Below, in pieces: positions 20,960-42,059 of a stretch of DNA of 64,000 nt. A model generated the notes under the pieces. The model saw only the letters and a list, made by a program, of their open reading frames with translations, was not told where the DNA came from and searched no databases. A program made the position numbers and the translations under genes. Every line of letters begins with the position of its first letter. Positions within the stretch are counted from its first letter, which is position 1. This stretch comes from Octopus sinensis (lineage: Eukaryota): positions 37,634,001 through 37,698,000 of the forward strand of contig NC_043004.1 of the NCBI RefSeq assembly GCF_006345805.1, given 5' to 3'.

Positions 20960-22745
20960 TTTGCCAAATAACTACAGATTGCAGCACCCCCACCCACCCG
21001 ACTTTGGACGATAACGTTCAGAAAAATGGATATTTTTAAATAAAACTTTCTACGAATATGTGTCATATCATGTAGATTCCGAATATACAAAATGTTTGGG
21101 AGAAAGTGTTTTAGGAGGGATTGGAGTGGGGAATTTCGGAAAATTCACCGGAGTCCATTTCGATTCGTCTTAACTTTCAAGAAAATGGATATTTTTTTAA
21201 TGAAATTCTCTACAAATATACCTCGGGCTATGTAGAATCCGAGGACATAGGAATTTGGGGAGAAAACAATTGGGGGTTATCTTTGAGAACCGTTCCCCAC
21301 TCGGGGGTGTTTCGGAACAAGTCGTCCATATTTGTTTCATTTTCTCCGTTTTGTGCGTTTGTGCATCCGTAGATTTCTACTGAAGCCACAAACCGGCAAT
21401 GAAGGCAGATGAAGCCCTCACCAGAAAACTGTCTATGCTAAAAATAACAGTTAAAGGTCTAGTACACAGAAATGTTATTAAGATGACTTATCTGTTGCAT
21501 ACGCCTTTTTTTTTTTTTTTTACTTTAAATAAATTCCTAGGTGAACGTTTTAAATAGAAAGGCAGAAGACACCAGAAGTAAAAATAAAGAATACACCCGC
21601 ACAGTTAAATATAGAAGTATAAAGTAATTGTTACATAATCTCTATAATAAACATGGTATTGAATGGAATAATCCCCCGTTTGAACTTTTTTAAGTTACAT
21701 ATATACATGAGTGAGGGGGGGGTAAAAATCTACGGATGCACAAAACGGAGAAATTGAAACAAATAAGGACGACTTGTTCAGAAACACCCGCGTTATCTAC
21801 ATAGTCCGAAGTATATTTGTAGAGAATTTCATTATAAAATATCCATTTTTCTTGAAAGTTAAGATGAACTGAAGTGGACTTCGGTGAATTTTCCAACCTC
21901 TAGTGTGTGATCCGAGCAAAAAAATGAAAAAAAAAAAATGGTGTAATAGGTGTGAAACAACATGTAGTAAACAAATATGAAAACAAAAATGCGCGCTGGC
22001 GAACGTAGGGTGAGGAGAGAGGACTTGGAAAATTCACTTGCCCAAGGTGCCATGCAGTAAGACTGAACCCGGAACCGTATGGTTGGGAAGAATATCCATT
22101 TTCTTGAGGGAAAAAAATCGGATCGTATGAAATGTCCTGGTCAATCCTCATCACAAATGAAATTTAAATGTTGCAGTGAAAGTAACGGTTTTGTGTGTGT
22201 GTGTGAGTTCTTGAATGGCTTACAAACATCTTCGCTGCAACTGTTTCTGCAGAACCGAAAAAATATTGTGCGCAAATTTTTGTTTTCATCTTCGTTTATA
22301 GCATAGATAATTTTTCCTCTGAAATGCCGCCTTCGGCCTCCAGGACGCATCGGTCGGCCCGAGGCTATAGTTGAATACACTTGCTGGCGAACGGGGGAGG
22401 ACCAGGACAATTCACACGATCCCAACCCGGGTTCAGTCCCACTGCATGGCATCATGGGCAAGTGAATTTTCCGAGTCCTCTCTCTCCCCCACCTTTAACT
22501 GTTCGCCAGGGCGCATTTTTTTCATATTCGTTTACTACATGTTGTTTTACACCTATCTATTACACTTTTTTTTTTCATTTTTTTTTTGCTCGGGTCAAAC
22601 ACTGGAGGTTAACCAAAATGTTGTATATTCGCAATCTACATAACACATATCCGTAGAAAATTTTATTTAAAAAAATCCATTTTTCTGAAAGTTACGATCA
22701 TCCAAAGTCGGGGCGGGGCAGAAATCTGGAGTTATGCCCAAATAT
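20960..22745. mobile_element. Nested inverted-repeat (foldback) complex
   Basis: Outer arms about 20964-21099 / 22612-22745. Inner pairs about 21135-21376 / 21725-21898 and about 21898-22075 / 22420-22611. Confidence 0.75.
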
Positions 22746-23962
22746 TTTAGTCATTATTTAGCTTGTTTTGATTGATTGATTGATTCTAGTTTCAGCTTAT
22801 GAGCTGTGGCCATGCTGGGGCCACAAATTAACAGGTTTTTTTTAATTTAGATTCTAAAAACTGAAAGTTTTTATCATAGAACCAGCTATGGTCTAGGATT
22901 AAAAGAAAGCAATTATAACAGAATAAAAAATTAAGAGAAAAGGGAAAAAAGGGTCTAGTCAGATGTAGGAATGGTACAGATGAAGAAGAAAAGTAAATAT
23001 ATGCAAGGATACATAATTACACATTTAAGATGAAATAATGAGAGATGTAGAGAGATTGAACAAACATTTCTTACAAGATTTCTGTATTTTGTTCTAATTA
23101 ATAAATAGTTTCTCATGTTAATTACAGGAGTTGATTAATTAGTATTAACAGTGCAGCGAAATTGTAAAAATACAACTGCACTGTTTACAAATTCAGTGAT
23201 GTAGCCGAAGTGACGTTAATTATATAGGAAAGACTCACCTCTAATTACTTGAGAATGTTGTACAGGATGTTGTTTAATCATCACTAAGACCTGATCTAAA
23301 CCAAATTTCCACATTTAATAGTAGACCCTGTGTTGAATCAAATTTTGTTGACACTGTTATATTACCAATAAAACAAGCATAACTAGATAAGCGAGCTTTC
23401 TCTTAATGTTGTTTCCTCATACTTTTCTGAAAAATGGTTATCTTTTATGAGATATTTTACAAATACGTTTCATATACATTACAATTATATCGGAATTCGT
23501 TGTGAAAAACTCTTTCGGAGTGAAGGAGAATGGGAGTTTCATATAATCCACGCACCTTGACTTGATTTCCCTCATACGTTTCGATAATGTAGATTATAGT
23601 TGAGAAAAAATAATTGGGAGTTGTCACCCCTTTCAGTTATGGAATAGTTTAATGAATATTTTTGATAAAATATCAAACAGCCATACCAACAAATTTATGT
23701 GTATTTATTTTTTGTCAAATTATGCCGGTATCTCAGGAAATTTTCATTTTGAGATTTCTTCTGTTTGGCTGCCAAGATTTCAAAAATCGAAGTTTATTGA
23801 AAAACTTGGAAGCTGGCATTTTGTGCGTGACTGCACATTTTGTCAACATCATGAAAATAGCACTTGGGTTTTTATATAAAACCATAAACAAATGAATTAC
23901 GCACGACATATCACCCCTCGTAACTTTTTGATTTTGGGGAATTTTCAGAAATTTTTTGGGCG

Positions 23963-24381
23963 ATCTTTCGTCTCTAGTAGACCTTTCCGTCGATTTCCGT
24001 AAATTTTTTTTTTTTTTACATATGGGCTTGCGGGAACTTTTGAAGTAATATACATACATATACACATACACCGAGTAAAAAATTTCAGTTATCTCTTTCT
24101 TTCACACATTACTCTGTCTCTTCACACACACTAACAGAAGTACTTCACTTACACAACATACTGTCTGGCTCCCACACCCCATCAAACACACACACGCACG
24201 CACACACATGTCCATCAATGCTCCCATGCACGGTAACTTCAAAAGAACTTCCCTCGTCATACAATCGCTTTCTCTTAGTCTCTTTCGCTCTCATTACTTC
24301 AAAAGTTCCAGCAAGCCCATATGTAAAAAAAAAAAAAAATTTTACGGAAATCGACGGAAAGGTCTACTAGAGACGAAAGAT
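23963..24381. mobile_element. MITE-like inverted repeat (about 88-bp arms)
   Basis: 23963-24049 is the near-perfect reverse complement of 24293-24381. The spacer is CA-rich. TSD not resolved. Confidence 0.75.
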
Positions 24382-25157
24382 TGCAATTTTTTGCGAATTT
24401 GTATTCTACACGCGAGACCTATCTAGCTGTTATTTTTAACACATCTCACAACTACCTCAATGACAAAAAAAAAAAAAACCCAGAAAAGAGCACATATTTT
24501 GTAATTATAAGCATTCAATTTGCATTTAATGCGATAAATAGCAGATTTACAAATTAAATATTTCTCAAAATAACAAACTTACAGTACAAACTTAAAAGAT
24601 GGTCACTATAAAGTTTGGGACACGTTAACGAAAACAAAACAAAAAAAAATGGGCCTGCTGGTTTTAACAACTGTGTAGAAAGCGAATATGACAAAAACAT
24701 TTACGCAAACGAACCTGGAGGTGGGAAGAGGACTTTCGGAAAATTCACAAGATCCCATTTTTCCGTCATAACTTTCGGGAATGAATCCCACGTTTTTGGT
24801 TATGGAGGATGCAATTCTGAAAAAGAATTTTCAAAATTTCAATCCCCCACCCCACTTCATTTTTCAGCGGGATGTAGGGGAGGGAGTTTTGGGTCGGAAT
24901 TTTTCATTAAGAATTTGAAATTAAAATTTGAATTGGATTTTTACCCTTTGACCTACAGATTTAAAAAATAAGTTTTTGTAACTTTAGTTTGAAAGTGTTT
25001 ACACTTTCAAACTTCGGACACTGGTAGAATGTGTCATATAAAACATCTTTTACTCTTAGCATTTTTGAGAAAAACTTATATTTACGAAGTAATTTCACGT
25101 TAAAGTAGTCCTATTTTGGTAATTTCAACCAATCAATGACGTATTCAGCTGAATAAA

Positions 25158-25347
25158 ATTACTGCGGTTGTTTGTCAACAAGAACTTCCGGCGATGTATT
25201 TTTCGTTTGTCACTGTTATTTGTGACAACCCTAACCCTAACACCTTAAAGCTAAAACCAGTACAATTGCACGAATGATGTCATAAATAACAGTGACAAAC
25301 GAAAAATACACCGCCAATAGTTGTTGTTGACAAACAACAGCAGTAAT
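25158..25347. repeat. 70-bp-arm hairpin with CCCTAACCCTAAC loop
   Basis: Arms 25158-25227 and 25278-25347 are reverse complements. Confidence 0.8.
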
Positions 25348-25349
25348 CC

Positions 25350-26567
25350 TCTAGAAAGATTATTTTTCTCTCGCTCAACAAGTGGTTGGTGTATGATATT
25401 CTTCTCCCCAACAGTCATACATTTCCTAACTGGCCAGAGTTTCTGTTCCCAAAGTTTTAACTCTTGTTTGGCTATCCCAGAAACATGGATATTTTGTATA
25501 CCCTCCTTGTTGGCCAAGTAAAATGCCGACCATCTTTTAGATCCACATATATGACCCATTTGTGTTCATCATACTTAAGTAAACTTATTACAACTTTTAT
25601 GTGATCATAATTCTCTTTTAAGTGTACAGACTGATCAATAGGAAGCGCCTTCTTTGAACTATCTATAAAGAGTCTCCATTCACTAGGATCATATTGTTCA
25701 ACACCCATCATGTTTAACAGTCCTGCCACATCACAATAGTTAACAAAATCTTTTCCAGTTGTAAAGAATACCAAGAGATCATTTTTTTCCTTGTTCTGAT
25801 AAAAAGTCATGTTTGTTTCTTTCTGCATCAAATTCTTCTCTTTATGCCTAGAAGCTAACAGTTCTGATAACTCTTTTGACAGTCCTAGGTCTCTAACTAA
25901 ATCATTAAATTCTGCCTGGTTGAAGTTTTCACGTTCTTTGGTTGATGTTTCTACAAAGTCTATATCACTGTCATGTTCATGATTTATATCTACTTCACAT
26001 CTATCACCTTCACCTTGCAGTGAAGGTAGATCCTTGAAAACAGGTATTGGTATTTCATCTGAGTGAAGTACTGGATGAATTGCTGAATCCACATTTGGGT
26101 AACTTATTTTCTGCAACATCCTCTTGCTATAATAATAAGTCTTTGTGAGACAAAAGTTGCAATCGTTTATATGGTTCTTTGGCTCCCACTATATCATAGG
26201 AATGCCAAATGTTAGTTGTTTCCTTGTGCCCTTTGTCCATTGGCAGAGATTTTCGACACAATTTATCCTGATCACCAACTTTAATCTTTAAGTAAGCTAA
26301 GTAGGATCTTTTCACAATGTCACTAATGTTCATTCTTTGACTTGGTACTATAAAACACCCACATATATAACAAAAAGAGTCAGCAGAATTTAAACATTTC
26401 AAACATAGAGCTACAAGTGGGGCCAATATGGGCCAACTCATAGAAAAAAAAAACTAGACATGATAGAAAAAAACTATTGCCCTTTTTAAACTCATTGACC
26501 CAAATTACCTCAAAACAGGTCTCAAACTTAGGTCAGCAGAAGAAAAGTTAGAATTTGTTGGCCAGTG
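25350..26567 (-). mobile_element. Chapaev3-like (CMC) DNA transposon, 5' half with broken transposase
   Basis: CACTG terminus at 26567. Reads CLNSADSFCYICG, FNDLVRDLGLSKELSELLASR and EWRLFIDSSK across frameshifts. Family assignment is from recalled motifs. Confidence 0.65.
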
Positions 26568-27072
26568 TTATTGACAATGTATTTAATTATTGCAATGTAT
26601 TGAATTATTATTATGTATTTGTAGTGAACAGCTACAGATTCAAAACCATCCCCATTTCTCAACATTGTTAAGCAAACCTTAAACCCATTGTTTTCTTGCC
26701 TCTGCACTCAGAAATTGATATCATTAACTTTCTCTGGTTGTGGAAGGGTCAAGACAGATAATACTGGAAAAATCTATTGTTTTAGTTTGACCTGGTTTAT
26801 AAAAACACAAGCAAATAGCTATCTCTCTTTTTGGTAAATGCCACGCCAGATCAAGAGCCTCAACCAGTACCTAGTCAAAGAGTGATGTGCGAGAATAGAA
26901 TTATGACCCTCTCAAATTATAGAGACAACTATTATCATGTCTTTCACTGTTGCAGTTGCAGAGAAACTACTAACATACACAATGAACCATTGATCCTCAG
27001 AAAATATTTTACTGCACAAACAAATAACTTGTGTATACACAACATGACAATGTTATTAATTTTATAATGTAA

Positions 27073-27289
27073 AGGTGGTGAGCTGACAGAATTGTTAGTA
27101 CACCAGGTGAAATGCTTAGCGGTATTTCGTCTGCTGCTATGTTCTGAGTTCAAATTCTGCTGAGGTCGACTCTACCATTCATCCTTTCAGGGTTGATAAA
27201 TTAAGTACTAGTTGAGTACTGGGGTTAATGTAATCAACTTGCCCCTTCCCCCAAAATTCCAGGCCTTGTGCCTATAGTAGAAAGGATTA
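27073..27289 (+). mobile_element. SINE family A (tail type 2)
   Basis: Same head, core and tail as 16574-16789. Confidence 0.85.
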
Positions 27290-27646
27290 ATTTTATATTG
27301 TAGCAATTAATATTATAATCAATCTTAATAAATGGCCATTTTAATAATCTACCAAATATTGTTCCCTAATCATTTCTCCACTGCATTATGATAATAAAAC
27401 TTCATTGTCATTATATATTTAATAATTATAACGTATTTCACTATTATAATGTATTTAAATATTATGATATATTTAATTGATCAAAACATGTCATGTAGAC
27501 AATGACAAAGAAGTCTAAATTTATTTACAAATCTCAATGAATGAAAAATTTCGGTTAAAAATGAAACATCTTCCTGCAAAAATTGGTAAAAGGTAAATAA
27601 TGAAAAGGAAATAAATATTTTAAAATAATATATGTTTTATTGCAGT

Positions 27647-34586
<6,940 letters not shown>

Positions 34587-34759
34587 GTTATTTTGCTGAA
34601 AAAAAAAAAAGAAATATACAAATCAATATCATGAAATATAATGTTGGAGTTACATGAAAGTGTATAAGCAGTAAAAACAAAGAAACAAAAAAATATCAAG
34701 CAAGAAAATTCATCCACCTTTCAACAAATTTGCTGAAAAACAACACTTTCCTCTCCATC

Positions 34760-36795
34760 CTCCCTTTCCTTTTTAAGTGAAATTTGTAAATGTTTCAAAG
34801 AAGGTGTCTGTTTTCAGCCCTTTCAATCTGATCCACCACACAACCTCTCTCACTAAGGCCACCAGACAAATAAACACTGCCTGCCCTTCCCAGTCAAAAG
34901 AAGGTGGCAGAATGATCTTAACAGTGAACTCAGCTACTAGCTTGATCCATCCTGCATGCAACTTCAGATGTTTGACATAAAGTCACCAGTTGGGAATGCT
35001 CAGACACCGGATGAGTGCATGCACAAGAGTTTTGCTATTCTGCTCACATTTGAGCAAGCCCAGCTGACAACACTTCTATTCCTGTAGAGTTTATCTCGAA
35101 ATAGCAATACCTATTTCTTTATTACCCACAAGGGGCTAAACACAGAGGGGGCAAACAAGGACCGACACCAGTGCGTAACTGGAACTTAATTTATTGACCC
35201 TGAAAGGATGAAAGGCAAAGTCGACCTCGGCGGAATTTGAACTCAGAACGTAATGGCAGACGAAATACAGCTATGCATTTTGCCCGGCGTGCTAACGTCT
35301 CTGCCAGCTCGCCGCCTTGAAATAGCAATACCTGACCCTGCCTCATCCAATAACATTGCAAAGCCAGAGATTTCTAGAAGTTATTCACGTCCAGTTGATT
35401 CTTGTCGATGCTCAGATACACCCCGCGGACTTCGTCAGTCTTGCTCATCACTGAACCTTTAGAGAATGCTAAAGTGGAACTTCCATCAACCGCATTGCCT
35501 GACTGGCAGAGGTATGTGAGCGCCTGACGGTATTCTAGGTACCAGGTGCCCTGCCTAGGACTGCAGCTTGGTCAAAGAGATGGGTTGCAGAAAAGTGAGT
35601 CTCACAAATAGCGACCACACCTGCTAATTGTCATAGAAACACTGGAGTTGTCACAGTCTCAGTGCATCACTAGCACAGATATGTCCAGTCCTCCACTCAG
35701 TGAATGTTGACAATAAATGGAGCACCTGACCAATGGAACGCGTCCCTTCTAAAGAAAGTGAAAGAGTAGGTGCTCGAATCATGTCAAATGTAAAGCAAGG
35801 CATGATGGTCAGGCAGTAACAAATGACAGAGATGATATATGCATTCGCCACTCTGTCTGAACTTTCAGGAACAGCTTTTGGCTTGGCTCATTTCTGAGTG
35901 AGAATAACCACCCAGCTCATTACCTCATCCCAGTTCTTCATCTAGAGATCTGGATGAAACTAGATCCCGACCAATTTAACTGGTTCGTACGTCCGGCGTC
36001 CTACAGCGCTGCCAGACAGCATGGACCTGCCTCTCGAGGAGCAAAGCTGCAGACCCACTGACTTTTCTTGGCCAATTTCTGCTCCTGTCACCACCTCATA
36101 TTCTTTTAGAGCAGTGCTGATCAGGTTCGTGTGTATGCCAACACATTTCTCCCACACACCAGTTTGCGTGGATGTCCTTCAACAGCTCCAGTTTCCATTG
36201 TCAGCTCTAGAGTCAGTACACACATAGAAGAGATAAAAGTGGAAAATCTTGATGGACTGAGTGCATGATACTGAATGGTTCCGAATGGTGATCATTCACC
36301 CGAATTACTGAGCTGATGTTGTGGCAATCCAACCACAGAAACCGGCCACCATGAGAACAGCTGCCAAGTATTGGTGGTTGACTATATTGAAAGTTTTTGA
36401 TTGATCCAAATTGATCAGGGGCTCACCTTTGTCAGGTTCTTTACCCACTCCCCCTATGATGTGTTGTATGAGTTGGAAGTTGTGGATATATCTACCTGGG
36501 ATGAGGCATGTTTGCATATCACCAAACAGAGTATCTACAACAAGCACCAGCTTCTTTGCAAATACCCTGGCCATAATTTTAAAATATGCATTTAGTATGA
36601 GCCTAAAATTTTCTATGAGATCTTTGTTTGGGTCCTTCCTCAGCAGTGATCCTCGACACATGGAACTAGGAATATTCCCGTTCTGCAATCAGTTGCAGTA
36701 GATATCTGCCAAAAGTACTCTAAACAAATCGGGAATATATAGAAATAAAGATCATAAGGCAGACCATCCAAACCAGGTGATCTGTTCTTCATGTA
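34760..36795 (-). mobile_element. Tx1/L1-clade LINE relic
   Basis: RSPGLDGLPY and LINLDQSKTFNIVNH. Its 3' part matches 46982-47200 and 48190-48500. Confidence 0.8.
35112..35318 (-). mobile_element. SINE family A with 14-bp TSD
   Basis: TSD GAAATAGCAATACC at 35098-35111 and 35319-35332. Full head is present. Confidence 0.92.
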
Positions 36796-36797
36796 GC

Positions 36798-37103
36798 TAT
36801 TCATCATTTCACCTCTGGAAACACGGGTGTTTCGTTCAACATCCTTAAACAACCCTTAATCAGGGACCTTTTGAGCGGGATAGGCTACTCGACCTGACAA
36901 AAATTCTAACTGGACTCCACCTGCAAGGTCATGCACTGTTTATCTTGATATAAGATCATCACGTCGCGCACATATGGTTGTGATGCATGGGCCTGGTGTA
37001 CCCTTATCAGATAGGTAGTAATGAGGGGTATAATAGGATTCGTATATTTTACTCCATTGTCACTTTGATGGCATGCACTGCTCTCTCTCACTCAATAACA
37101 ATA

Positions 37104-37178
<75 letters not shown>
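36798..37178 (+). mobile_element. (TAA)n-tailed retroposon 3' segment, family B
   Basis: Ends CACTTTGATGGCATGCACTGCTCTCTCTCACTC-(AAT)n. Same sequence inverted at 44540 and 48835. Confidence 0.8.
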
Positions 37179-37179
37179 C

Positions 37180-37452
37180 GGACATGGAACAAGCTCAAGA
37201 ACAAGCCATTTCCAACGGAAATGAAGAAAAAGTGCCTTGGTGGAAAAGAAGAATAAAGCAACCAATGAACGAACTACGAAAACATATCAACATTGTGAAA
37301 AAATGTGAAATCAGGAAGAAAGAGAAATATCAGTAACTAGAATGTAGATGTAGGATAAAGAAAAGGGGATTAAATGTAGTTCTTGAAGAGCTGAAACAAA
37401 GATTGCAGGTTAAATCTACAAAGACCAAGAGATATGACCAAAGAATCGAACA
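37180..37452 (+). pseudogene. R4/Dong-type LINE ORF N-terminal fragment
   Basis: PWWKRRIKQPMNELRKHI...VLEELKQRLQVKSTKTKRYDQRIE resembles the region upstream of RT in R4-clade ORFs. Confidence 0.55.
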
Positions 37453-38384
37453 TGTGCACACTTAACGCAATTCTTAACCCGAATCAGCGAGACGAAGTGT
37501 GAAAAGCTGGACAGTTAAATTACAGGCTCAGTACATAGAATTAACCCCGTTACTGACATTTCTTCATGGGCCCCAAAAGAATGAAAGATAAAATTGACCT
37601 CGAGCTGGATTTGAGCTCAGAGCGCAAGCAAAGAAAAGAAAACTACAAGACATTCTATCCTACGTTATAATGATTCCTCGCCTTAGAATATAAAGTCATA
37701 CATGTTAGATTCACAGAATTTTTTTTACCTTACCTGTCTCTGTATCTCTCTGTCGAAAGTGAAACAATGACAAAACACTGCTGCTACTATTACTATTGCT
37801 ACTGTTGCTATTCTATCCTCTAATCATATTTCAGTTTGAGGTCATTCCTAATCAGATATGGTAAACATGTGTCATTTTTCCTGCAATTAAACCACAGTAA
37901 TCAGTAAGGAAAAGAAGGTAGATCTGAGAAAATGTTTTTAGCATTGGTGGTCATACCTAATTTGAGTAATTATATTGGCAGCGTCTTCAGCTATATTGAT
38001 AGTCATAGCTAGTTAACTCATTAGCAAAAATACATTGACAGTCCACTAGATATTCATTCTAAACTGCTGTATATGAACCATTTCCATATTCAATTCTTGT
38101 TGTTCTGAATTTTACTCAGTAATAACGTCGTCTCTCAGGTGCTTCTTTTATCAGAGTCATGGATTTGATGTATTTCTTTTGTTTTTCCTTTTTAACTAAA
38201 CAAATCGTTTCCTGATCATCATTGACATAAGATAGTTTTTTTTTTTTTCACAAAGCAAAAATCAATATTTTTGAAGCAAAATATTTCTAAATATAATTGT
38301 GACTTAGATTTTTTCTGTTGATTATAGTAGGATTGGAACTCGGAACCAAGTGAAACAAATATAATTAGTGACATCCATTTAGTC

Positions 38385-39420
38385 CAGTGGTTCCCAAACC
38401 GTGCGTTGCAAGATGTAACTAGGTGTGCCTCGATAAAATAAAATTATATTTCAAAATATGAAAAATACAAATCGATATTCACTGGAAAGTTCATATATAA
38501 ATGTCTAAGTGGCTAATTTGGGCTAATTATGGTATGACAGTGCTATTCAATTTTGAAACTAAAATTTCATAAGGATAAGAACTAAATTAGCATCAATCTA
38601 TCTTAGAAATTGACGTCTTATGGACATATTCAGTGCACGACTATTGTTTCAGCTTCTCTGCAGTTTCATTTCAATAAATGTAAAAAATACACTACCGAAC
38701 TAAAATATATGATGATGAACTAAATATTTTAATACGTCCTCACATATTGCGGCTGTATTTCAATTTTTTTCATTGATATAGTGGCGAGAATTTTCATCTT
38801 TTCAATTAATTTTGAAAGACTTCTCAAAAGAGTCCGATAATATTGTGATACGTTGTCACTTTTCATAGCTCATTGGTCCCTTGTCACAGTTTGACTATTA
38901 GTAATCTGTGCTCTTTGTGCAATACAATTCATATTAACAGACTAAATTACCCATAAAATGGAAAAGTTTAAGAGGAAACATAACGATGACGATTATGAAT
39001 CTGAAAGTAAGTGTTTGTCAAAAGCAACTAAGCATAGTGATAATAATGCGAAAGCTCAACCAAATCGTAAATATTGCAATAGCTATTTAAAGTTTGAGTT
39101 TCATTGGACTGGCAACGAGGATCAACCTCTTCCGCTATATGTTGTTTGTGGTGAAAAGATGTCTAATGAAGGCATGTTGTCTAGCAAGTTGAAAAGACAT
39201 TTTACAACTAAACACTCATCTTCATTGTAAAGATCTGAATTATTTCCAAAGACTGCTAGAACAGCAATCTAAACAATGAAACTATTTTGGGAAAAGGATG
39301 AATGCTTCTGAAAAGGCTCAAGTCGTGCCTATTGAGATAGCTGAAATGATTGCACTATAAACAAAATTGCCTACTTTAGTCGCGTCGATTATCTTATCCG
39401 CTTGTAGAAAGATGGTTAAA
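38385..39420 (+). mobile_element. hAT (Charlie/Buster, ZBED5-like) transposon 5' part
   Basis: TIR CAGTGGTTCCCAAACC preceded by ATTTAGTC (nnnTAnnn). ORF 38958-39230 reads RKYCNSYLKFEF...VVCGEKMSNEGMLSSKLKRHFTTKH (BED finger region) and then stops. Confidence 0.85.
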
Positions 39421-40204
39421 AGGAAGGCGATATTCTCCCGATATTGTAAACCTTGCCTTCCATTATACTGTCTTTTTTCCCTTATAATACTTGCATGACA
39501 ATTTACAAATCCTGACCATGCTGACTATGTGTTCTTAAAGCTAATTGTCATTATTTCAAAACTATACCCATGTAATGAATTAAAAATCTGAGCTAATCAG
39601 TTCACAATTTTCAAATTAGAAGAGAGAAATAAAACACTATAGCAAAAGATTATAGCGAATTACAGGTGAAAGAAGCATCGGAAATGCTTTGCCCTACGTA
39701 TGTAGAAAACGTAAGAGCGACGCAGAAATATTACACGCTTGTCTTCAGAATCCCTCATGATATTGGAAATACTTCCGTGCCATCTGAATACATCTTAGGT
39801 TCTCAACCTTTTTGCCCCCTTAGGTGGTACGATTCACCTGGGTGGGGCAGCGAAAACTGGTTTAGTGTTCGATCACAGAAGGGTTCCGTCTGCGGTCTCT
39901 TTTCAACCACAGCGACCTTGGGTTGGTTTCAGCTGCCATGCCTATGTCCTTGGTGGTTCATTTCATTTGTTTGGTGTTAGAGCAATCTTCTGTAGGAACC
40001 AGAACACCGACCCTGCCACAAATCTGCAGCACCGACTTTAATTGAAAATGAGACCACGTGTCATCCCTGTCGGCCAAGTCTTGATATTCATACCGAGTAA
40101 ATTGTGGAATTACAAAATCACAAATCTGGTTTAAGAAACCATGATTCTCTAGCTAATTATAAAATTCCTCCCTTAAGATAATTATATATAATAGAAGATA
40201 CTTG

Positions 40205-40660
<456 letters not shown>

Positions 40661-40667
40661 TAATATA

Positions 40668-41300
40668 TATACTACTAATATGGGATGAAGTTTTTTCAGA
40701 AAAAACTTCACCAAAAAGTGGCAGCATATTTAAATACTTCTAAAGGTTAAAATTATAAACAAATTATAAACAAGGGCAAAAGAAAATTATTTCTATGCCA
40801 ATATGCTGATAACAGACTTTTAAATCGTCAATTTCCACATATTATATACCCACTACAGAAATATGTTGTACTAAAATCGGGAAGCTAGCCAACAGAATAA
40901 AAAAAAAAAAGTTCGTTAATTCTATATTGAATCAATTTCGGAATTAATTTCATAGATTTTTTCCTCTTCAGTAGAAAATACGATAAGAAATAAATGAAAT
41001 ACTTACATGCGCCCATGGAAAAAAAGCCGAAGCAAAAGTCATGAGTACATATAAGTACCCCAGTTATATCTAAATATAAAATCCTTTGGCTAGACTCAGT
41101 ACACGCGTGAACTGTTCTCCACCACAGCTTATAGTGGTTATAGCGAATAGTAATAAATCTACTACTAATATAGGATGAAGTTTTTTACAGAAAAAATTTC
41201 ACCAAAAAGTGGCAGCATTCAGCATATTGGCATAGAAATAATTTTCTTTTGTCCTTGTTTATAATTTTAACCTTTAAAGGTATTTTAACATGCTGCAGAG
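40668..41300 (+). mobile_element. Two Helitron-like 5' ends (CTACTACTAATA-type) in tandem
   Basis: ACTACTAATAT(G/A)GGATGAAGTTTTTT...CACCAAAAAGTGGCAGCAT at 40671-40727 and 41161-41218. Confidence 0.5.
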
Positions 41301-42059
41301 TTACCGGTTATAGTAACCGACTAAGGGATAAAATATCCGTATTTACTATCGGTATCAGTTACTCGTGTTATCTCTGGGCATGGGTATACAGGCACACTAT
41401 GCTCGTAGAGTACAGGTAACAACAGAATAAAGAAAAGTTTATCAGGAACCAAATTTAAATAATCAGAAAATGTAGAAAATTTTAGATCAGCAAACAAATC
41501 AATTAGACCACATCTGTAGCTTATTATTTAATACAAAACATGACATAACATGTATGTGACACAACAATTCTTACGGCCGTTTCCGCTTCCGTTGTTATGA
41601 AAGAACTGCAAAAATATTATTCTTCATCTTCATAGGATATTCGAACTAAATCATGGAGCTTCATGAGAGTGAATACAAAAGCGTCCAAAAAATAAACAAG
41701 AGGAAGAGGGAATAGGAAAGAAAACATGTCCTAGAGAAGAAGCCTGGAGGCCTAATATATTAAAATCATACGATCTTCCATGATAGGGCTTCGAAGTCAG
41801 TAGGCAAAAGAATGATTGAGCAATGGTCTAGGGAAAAACATTTTCGGGTTATTTCCATTTAAAGGGGGAACCAAGATGTTTTAAAAGTTGTGAAGAGAAG
41901 TTAGCAAAAAACAATACAAGAAAATTACTGACATGTCTAGAAAGAGAGCAGTACCTATATTATCGTAAAAATCTCCAGCTGATATTTTTCCAAGGCAATA
42001 CTGTAAGGTTCTTATGATAGTGTACTTACTGGAATATTATAGAGAACACTACTTGTTGT

